NCBI GenBank assembly: GCA_027038175.1
Contig: JALVYB010000079.1
Coordinates: 1,215 to 65,214, forward strand
Direction of reading: 5' to 3'
Length of the DNA: 64,000 nucleotides
Source of the DNA: a candidate division WOR-3 bacterium
GTDB taxonomy: Bacteria > Hydrothermota > Hydrothermia > UBA1063 > CAJXJZ01
Part shown: piece by piece, positions 58,151-64,000 of the stretch
Layout: each line of letters begins with the position of its first letter
Position numbering within the stretch: position 1 is the first letter of the stretch
Notes under the pieces: model-generated
Databases searched by the model: none
Told to the model about the DNA's origin: nothing
The model's input: only the letters and a program-made list of their open reading frames with translations
Program-made: the position numbers and the translations under genes

Positions 58151-58195
58151 TAATTTCCGCTCTAAAACCATTAACGGTTAACCATTAACCGTTAA
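58151..58195. promoter_or_regulatory. iteron copy TAATTTCCGCTCTAAAACC followed by the perfect palindrome TTAACGGTTAA-CCA-TTAACCGTTAA upstream of parA; candidate operator/centromere
   Basis: The same 15-mer as the ori-region iterons. 11-bp perfect arms. The TTAACGG core is also the 3' part of the iteron unit. Confidence 0.5.
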
Positions 58196-58235
58196 AAGAT
58201 AATTTTATATACTTACAATACATATCGTCATACAG

Positions 58236-58970
58236 ATGTCGGACATAAAATATGTTGGGATTTTTACAACGAAGGGGGGCGTTGGGAAGACAACAATATC
58301 CGTGAACGTGGCGGAGATGGTTGGCTGGAGGGAGAAAGTTCTCCTGCTTGAGATGGATACGAATCACTCAATAACCTCACTTCTCAAGGTTCGGGCAACC
58401 AAAATTAGTGAGATAAAGAAAGGTGTTTCTCCTCGCAAGGTTGGTAATTTTTATCTAGTTTCTATGGATGGAGAAACACAGAAAGTTGAGAGAACCATTC
58501 CACCAGAAAAGATTATGAATGGGATTGGCAAAGCACTTGCTGATTTTGATAAAGTGATAGTTGATTTTCCCAGTACTATTTCGCCTTTGGTTCTTTATTT
58601 AATGGACAGGATGGATTTTGTTGCGGTTCCGTTTGTTCCTTCTTTCTTGGGTTTGGGTGCATGGTATTACACTAAAAACATTTTTAAAATTTTAGGGTAT
58701 GATTCTTATGGTTTGTTTTTGAATATGTGTAAGTTTTCCCTATTTAGATCCAAGGAGGAGAGAGAGTTAATGGAGAGGTTAAATAGGGAGGAGAAGTTCA
58801 TGAAGGGTTTGGCTATTCCTTATGACAGGCGGGTTTTAAGAGCGGAAAAGCTCCATGTACCCGCAGTTGCTGAATTTCCCAAGTCAAGGTTCTCCAAAGG
58901 TATTGAAAAGTTTGTTAAACGTGTTTTTGGGGGTGATATGGTTGCCAACGATAGGATTAAAAGTAGATGA
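58236..58970 (+). CDS. parA: ParA/MinD-family partition ATPase
   Basis: Deviant Walker A GIFTTKGGVGKTTIS. A short ORF follows immediately. Confidence 0.65.
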   Translation: MSDIKYVGIFTTKGGVGKTTISVNVAEMVGWREKVLLLEMDTNHSITSLLKVRATKISEIKKGVSPRKVGNFYLVSMDGETQKVERTIPPEKIMNGIGKALADFDKVIVDFPSTISPLVLYLMDRMDFVAVPFVPSFLGLGAWYYTKNIFKILGYDSYGLFLNMCKFSLFRSKEERELMERLNREEKFMKGLAIPYDRRVLRAEKLHVPAVAEFPKSRFSKGIEKFVKRVFGGDMVANDRIKSR

Positions 58971-59184
58971 TGAAACGAAAAAGTTATGGGATATACTGAA
59001 CAAGCATCCAGATAGGGTAGGTACTGCTGAATTGAGAAAGGCTTTGAAGCGGATTATAGAAGAATACAGGTGGTGGATTGAAAGGTACGAATCCATAACG
59101 GAGAAAAAGGGGATTGAAGAAGGGTTGGATATTTCAGAAGTATTCGTCATGGCTGAAAAGGACATATTAAAAGAATTTGAGTGA
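58933..59184 (+). CDS. small protein downstream of parA (candidate partition adaptor / centromere-binding partner)
   Basis: The frame overlaps the parA 3' end. The likely GTG/TTG start near 58933-58942 gives about 83 aa. Confidence 0.35.
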   Translation: MIWLPTIGLKVDDETKKLWDILNKHPDRVGTAELRKALKRIIEEYRWWIERYESITEKKGIEEGLDISEVFVMAEKDILKEFE

Positions 59185-59258
59185 GCAGCTGCAAAACTAT
59201 TATGAACTAATAAAAACATTTATAAATCATTTTCGCATTTACTACAATAGGTGAATGG

Positions 59259-59777
59259 ATGATAGTCTGTGAGAGTGAATCTTGCCTGATGAAATGTCGG
59301 TTTTGTGGCAAAGTGGTTAAGCCACCTGATTCGTGTCGTGGGTGTGGGCAAGAGAGTTTTGTTTTTGTAGAGAGGGGTTCGTTAGAAAGTTATGTTGCAA
59401 GGAACGTTCATTCCAGTGTCTTGATTCCAAGGGCAGTTTATGACAGGTTTTGGATAGTTGAACGTTACAATTTTAATGCCCATTATCTTGATAGAACCAA
59501 GAGAATAATATACTATGCAAGTAAAAAGATTCCAAGCGAAATAGTGGAGAAAGCGTTGGATAAGATACAAGCGTATTACCTTCTTTACCCTGATTTAATC
59601 CCAAATATTGTGGAGACACATATGATTTCCGCAGATTTTAAAAAGGATTATACCATACATAACTATATGGTGACTTATCCCGTTCACCAAACGATAAAAA
59701 ACATAGCAAATGCTTACGGGATAACGGTTTTGGATTTAGTGACTGCGTTTTTGATTTACGTTTACGGGGGTGTGTGA
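59259..59777 (+). CDS. zinc-ribbon-containing hypothetical protein
   Basis: N-terminal CESESCLMKCRFCGK...CRGCG is a Cys4 zinc ribbon. Confidence 0.4.
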   Translation: MIVCESESCLMKCRFCGKVVKPPDSCRGCGQESFVFVERGSLESYVARNVHSSVLIPRAVYDRFWIVERYNFNAHYLDRTKRIIYYASKKIPSEIVEKALDKIQAYYLLYPDLIPNIVETHMISADFKKDYTIHNYMVTYPVHQTIKNIANAYGITVLDLVTAFLIYVYGGV

Positions 59778-61956
59778 TGTGTGGAGTAAAATAAGATTGT
59801 TTGTGGTTATGGGCATAATATTGGCAATCTTGTTTGGTGTTTGGGCAACAACCACGTATGTCAATCTCGGTGCTTTGACTGCTTTGGGAGTTGCCAATAC
59901 TCCTTTTGACATAAAAAGCACCAGCTCAAAAGTTACGCCGTTGGGTGATGAAATGTCCAGCTATTCTGGTGAAATGATGTCTTTAACTTTCAATTCTTTG
60001 CAGGATTTGGAAAAATTTTACTCAACCAATTATTTTGTTTACTACCATTACAAATCTCCATCAAATCCGTGGGTTGGTTATTCTGTTTCTGCACAGTTGA
60101 AAACATCATCTCTTCATTACTTCTTTGGGGGGAAGGAATATTTTGTAATTTTGCCCATGGGTGTTGTAAACAAGAACACTAACGAGCTGAGAACGATTAC
60201 TCCTAAAACGCAGATTTCTATATCAAACCTCCCTAAGAACGTTGTAGTAATACTCACGGGCTTTTCATCATCCCAGATAACATTAAACAATATTCAAGGT
60301 ACAGTTTTGATCGGAGTTCTTGTCCAGCCTGAAGTGGAGTATCACACAACAGTTCTATGGTTTTTCCATACCACAACGATTTCAAAGGCAGCAGGTACTT
60401 CTGGAATACAGAACACAGCCATCATTTCCAAAAACGTAAATAAACTGATGATAACGTCTTATCTTTCAGATAGTGGCACAAGCAATATAATAACCGTGCA
60501 ACATTCTAATGAAGTTATATTAAGTGGTGTCTCCACTTTTGCGTGGGCTACAAAAAACAAGGGATGGCAAACCAATGTTCCAGTGGTGATAAAGCACGTT
60601 CATAATTTCATAATAAAAGATAGTATCGGGGTGTATTTTGACGAAAATAACAGGACAACAGAGGGTGTGTTTGGATATTATTCAAGAGGTTATGGAGTTG
60701 GGTTATACTTGCAGTATATTGATAATTTTTACCTCAATGGTACGTTATATTTAAGTGGGTTCTCACCGAATAACAATACAGGGCTATTTGCGGATCACGT
60801 CTATCATTTTGGAAGTAATCTAAAAAATAATGAGATACAGTTCAACGGGGATGAGGGAGATTTGTATATGTATTACAACGTGACGGAAAGTTACAAGGTT
60901 GGAACCAAGAGGAATGGGGATACTGTGGTATTTGACAGAAAGAACACCACCAGATATTATTTCTTTGTTCTCAGTAGTAGTAGGATTAATAAGGGAAATC
61001 CTTTTGATTATGCGGTAATTTCAAAATTTTATGGGAATTATGGATTGAATGGTAGTTTTTTCTCATATAAGAGATATGGAGAAATTGAAGGCGGAGTTGA
61101 TTTAAACGAGATGAAATGGAATGATTCAAGTCAGAGTGGGAACTCTTTTGTTCCATCAGATAAGAATTATCTTTTAAACAATCCAAAACTTGTAAAAGAC
61201 TATCTTACTTTTTACATCTATTACAAAGCACACCATATAACCCACCATTTCTATTATTTTGAGGATGTGAAGGTTCTGCTTGTTGGAAAAACATATACAT
61301 ATAGTTCAGCTATATTCGAGAGAACGCACAACGGAATCACTTACTATTACACTACTGAGTTCTCCCCTACAAATGTCTTTATTTACAAGCATTTGTTATC
61401 AAACACAACACTTGTTTTGAAGAATGGAGGAAATGGAGGAAATGCAAGTATCAACGGGACTTCTGGAAACATATATCCTGAGTATGTTCGTGTAATTGAA
61501 CATCAATACAAATGGGATGGCTTCGTGCATTTCAAGGTTTTAGTGTGGGCTAACGTGACGATGAACGGCTTTATAAAGTTAGACAATTTAAATTATGGTA
61601 TATCTGTTCCAGATAATGGGGGTAATGAATCTTCACTGGTGGCGTACGTTAAACAGCTAAACGGAACACCAGCAGCGCAGAACGTGAAACAAATCGTGCA
61701 GTATTATGCAGCATATAATTCATATTACACACCTTTGAATTTTCTCTTTCCTTACTTGTCTTTAAGCACGTTTATGGTTTTCCTAGTGTCTTTTGCATTT
61801 GTGAGGTGGGCTTATTTGATGATTCTACACAACGACACGCCAGAAGAAGTGGCAAAGAATAAGCAACTGCTTAAACACATATTTATAGGGGCGGTAATAA
61901 TTTTCTTTGTGTTGTACAATTATGGGGTGATTCTCAATGTTTTTAGCTTTCCGTGA
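59770..61956 (+). CDS. membrane-anchored surface protein with many N-glycosylation sequons
   Basis: N-terminal TM helix IRLFVVMGIILAILFGVWA. A roughly 600-aa S/T/N/Y-rich ectodomain with numerous N-x-S/T sites. C-terminal TM helices. ATGA-type overlap with the next genes. Confidence 0.5.
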   Translation: MCDVWSKIRLFVVMGIILAILFGVWATTTYVNLGALTALGVANTPFDIKSTSSKVTPLGDEMSSYSGEMMSLTFNSLQDLEKFYSTNYFVYYHYKSPSNPWVGYSVSAQLKTSSLHYFFGGKEYFVILPMGVVNKNTNELRTITPKTQISISNLPKNVVVILTGFSSSQITLNNIQGTVLIGVLVQPEVEYHTTVLWFFHTTTISKAAGTSGIQNTAIISKNVNKLMITSYLSDSGTSNIITVQHSNEVILSGVSTFAWATKNKGWQTNVPVVIKHVHNFIIKDSIGVYFDENNRTTEGVFGYYSRGYGVGLYLQYIDNFYLNGTLYLSGFSPNNNTGLFADHVYHFGSNLKNNEIQFNGDEGDLYMYYNVTESYKVGTKRNGDTVVFDRKNTTRYYFFVLSSSRINKGNPFDYAVISKFYGNYGLNGSFFSYKRYGEIEGGVDLNEMKWNDSSQSGNSFVPSDKNYLLNNPKLVKDYLTFYIYYKAHHITHHFYYFEDVKVLLVGKTYTYSSAIFERTHNGITYYYTTEFSPTNVFIYKHLLSNTTLVLKNGGNGGNASINGTSGNIYPEYVRVIEHQYKWDGFVHFKVLVWANVTMNGFIKLDNLNYGISVPDNGGNESSLVAYVKQLNGTPAAQNVKQIVQYYAAYNSYYTPLNFLFPYLSLSTFMVFLVSFAFVRWAYLMILHNDTPEEVAKNKQLLKHIFIGAVIIFFVLYNYGVILNVFSFP

Positions 61957-61968
61957 GAGGTGGTGTGA

Positions 61969-63129
61969 GTGAGAGTCGTGCTGAACAAAAAGGAAGAAGG
62001 TCAGTTTGGTGTTGCGACGATACTCTTTGCCATAGCTGCCTTTATTTTAGTTATTGCAATCAATAGGGGGCTTGTGTATTATTCATGGCTTGGATTTGTA
62101 ACGAATATGAAACCCGATGCACTTTATCCATCACTACTGAACTCCAAAGGATTTCCCATATCAGAAATTGTGCAAAATGATGGTTTTAGGTCTATTTTAT
62201 ACGGTTCAATATGGTTACAGCAGAATATTGTAATGAGGTATATAGTGAATGTTCTGTTTTTGTTGCTTTTGCTATTTGTGGGAATAGCTTATCTCTACTT
62301 CGATTTGTTTGAAAGGTTTTTAAATACGAGGCTCAAAGAGTTCATTCCAAGGATTGTGTTTGGTTTAATTTTAGCTTACGGAGGAATTTATATCTTGGAA
62401 GCACTTATGTATTTTGCAAAGGGAGGATACGTGTTGTTTTATGATTTGCCATATCCGTTTAAAGCTTGGCAAGACCCTGGCTTTTTAGAAGGGATTGGTT
62501 TACCGCAATTATCTTCGCCAGAAGGTGGAATGTGGGGAAATTTGCTCTCAGGTTTGGCATCACATTATATTTGGTTTATTTGGGTATTTATCGCTGGTTC
62601 AGAGGCAATAATACTTCTTGTTCTGGTTGCGGTTAGAGATATGCTGTTTGGGGTTGTGTTGGTATTATTGCCGATAGCTTCGCTTTTGCTAATTCACCCG
62701 TGGACAGAACGCATAGGTTCAAGGTTGTGGTGGCTCTCAATTGATTTGTTGTTTTTGCCGATAGTGATGATTATTCCTCTTTCTTTGATGGGTTTGGTTC
62801 ATAATTCTGTTTCGTTTACTATTGCTGGGCTTACAATAACCATAGGTACGCTTTACCTCATTTCGAGGGAGCCTATGGTTTTGAGTGGAGCTGGTTTCAC
62901 CAGAGGAGGAGAAGTGTTGAGAGGTGGTGTGCAGGGAGGTATGTTGGGTGGCAGTATCATAACCCCTGGGGGATTGGAGAGACGAGGTTCGGAATCTCTT
63001 GTTGGGGCCCACAGGGCAGGAGCAGCATCTCTTGCCAATTGGGCAGGAGAGAAGTGGAAGCAGAGATCGGGTGGTCAAACGTTTCTCCAATTTGTTTCTA
63101 ACGCTGTCCGCTTAAAGAATAAGAGGTGA
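61969..63129 (+). CDS. polytopic membrane protein (VirB6/TrbL-like topology) with Gly-rich C-terminal tail
   Basis: At least 6 predicted TM helices followed by the hydrophilic tail GGEVLRGGVQGGMLGG. Confidence 0.4.
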   Translation: MRVVLNKKEEGQFGVATILFAIAAFILVIAINRGLVYYSWLGFVTNMKPDALYPSLLNSKGFPISEIVQNDGFRSILYGSIWLQQNIVMRYIVNVLFLLLLLFVGIAYLYFDLFERFLNTRLKEFIPRIVFGLILAYGGIYILEALMYFAKGGYVLFYDLPYPFKAWQDPGFLEGIGLPQLSSPEGGMWGNLLSGLASHYIWFIWVFIAGSEAIILLVLVAVRDMLFGVVLVLLPIASLLLIHPWTERIGSRLWWLSIDLLFLPIVMIIPLSLMGLVHNSVSFTIAGLTITIGTLYLISREPMVLSGAGFTRGGEVLRGGVQGGMLGGSIITPGGLERRGSESLVGAHRAGAASLANWAGEKWKQRSGGQTFLQFVSNAVRLKNKR

Positions 63130-63914
63130 TGAAAATGGCAAGTGACACAGATATAAATGTAAATTTACCAGAGAAGCTGGGCAGAAAAGTATCTTTTGGA
63201 GTTTACACAATAGAAGATATTTTGAGAGGCGGTGCCTTTCTCTTGGTTTTTGTAATTCTTGCAGCGGTATCTGGTAATATTTTTGTTGCTATGTTTTTAG
63301 TGTTTGTTGGCTTTGTGCTTTTTTGGTTATTTGGATTTGTAAAAATTGACGGGGTGAATTTTCACAATTACCTCATGCTGAAATTTGGAGAGGGCAGGAA
63401 AAACCCAACTCTTAACGTTCCATACTTGAAAGTTTATGAGAACGGAATCGTGTTTAACGGGGAGTATTGGTTCAAGATACTATCGGCGGAAACCGTGGTT
63501 TCTTTGGATTTTATGAGTAGGGAAGACAAAGAGTATGTTTTCTCTCAATTTCAGCAGATGCTTAATTCGGCACCATTCCCCATACAGTTCATCGTGCATA
63601 GTTGGAAAGTAAATCCAAACGCTTTTGATGAATACATTAAAGCGGAGGGAAAACTTGCAGAAGGATACAGGAATTTAATAAAAAAACACACGCAGAACTT
63701 GTATTTACAATCCTATTACATTGTTCCTCTTGTGAGCAAGTATGAAGTCAGAAGTGGAAACGAGATGTTAAGTTGGAAGAGAGCCAACGAGATACTAAGC
63801 GTCTATGTTGACCATATCAAGAAATCTCTTTTCTCAATTGGTATAAGGGTATCAGAGGTTAATAGAACTTCGGAGATATTCGATGTGATAAGTGAAATAA
63901 TGGGAGGTGAATGA
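63126..63914 (+). CDS. membrane protein with two N-terminal TM helices and a soluble C-terminal domain
   Basis: TM helices LLVFVILAAVSGNIFVAMFLVFVGFVLFWLFGF. Overlapping start suggests coupling with the upstream membrane genes. Confidence 0.4.
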   Translation: MMKMASDTDINVNLPEKLGRKVSFGVYTIEDILRGGAFLLVFVILAAVSGNIFVAMFLVFVGFVLFWLFGFVKIDGVNFHNYLMLKFGEGRKNPTLNVPYLKVYENGIVFNGEYWFKILSAETVVSLDFMSREDKEYVFSQFQQMLNSAPFPIQFIVHSWKVNPNAFDEYIKAEGKLAEGYRNLIKKHTQNLYLQSYYIVPLVSKYEVRSGNEMLSWKRANEILSVYVDHIKKSLFSIGIRVSEVNRTSEIFDVISEIMGGE

Positions 63915-64000
63915 GTTGGCAAAAAAGGAAAAAACTCAAAGATACATAGCAATTGATTACAATACCACACCAATACAACTTTTTAAAGCTCTTCGCTTTA

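Noticed and set aside
63126-63914. Calling this ORF a VirB4 ATPase
   Set aside because: Only the two-TM N-terminal region is present, and no Walker motifs occur before the stop at 63914. A VirB3/VirB4-N-like role cannot be supported from sequence alone.

Overview
The window reads as a mosaic of mobile-element DNA from an AT-rich, K/E/I-rich, hyperthermophile-style archaeon. The archaeal assignment rests on an Orc1/Cdc6-type AAA+ initiator and GGAGGTG-type ribosome-binding sites. Genes are tightly packed, often with overlapping stop and start codons, and almost all are unannotatable orphans.

Recognisable content:
- Three small tyrosine-recombinase paralogs: one intact, one with the box-I Arg changed to Lys, and one without an in-frame start.
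- A conjugation-like set: a TraG/VirD4-like coupling ATPase, a HUH Rep/relaxase with an RHH accessory protein, and a pilin-like protein. It also includes a 2607-aa Ig-repeat surface protein, a glycosylated membrane protein and a VirB6-like polytopic membrane protein.
- A replication/partition block: iterons, Orc1/Cdc6 and ParA with a small partner.
- Fragments of DNA methyltransferase genes, a Cas4-like nuclease and a YopX-like protein.
- Two radical-SAM-type proteins, one AmmeMemoRadiSam/PflA-like and one DUF5131-like with three Cys.

The most unusual item is a radical-SAM gene translationally coupled to six consecutive orphan proteins of 470-715 aa (27.9-41.3 kb).

Other points worth a second look:
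- An 18-bp exact repeat at 4.06 kb and 49.26 kb that may mark element boundaries.
- Several perfect palindromes.
- Iterons shared between the origin-like region and the parA promoter.
- Tandem small-gene paralogs that share a gene-junction sequence.
- A duplicated three-gene module.
- A roughly 10-fold over-represented motif, AGCAGTTGCT and its reverse complement.

No rRNA, tRNA or CRISPR array was found. All calls are by eye from motifs and have not been checked by database searches.
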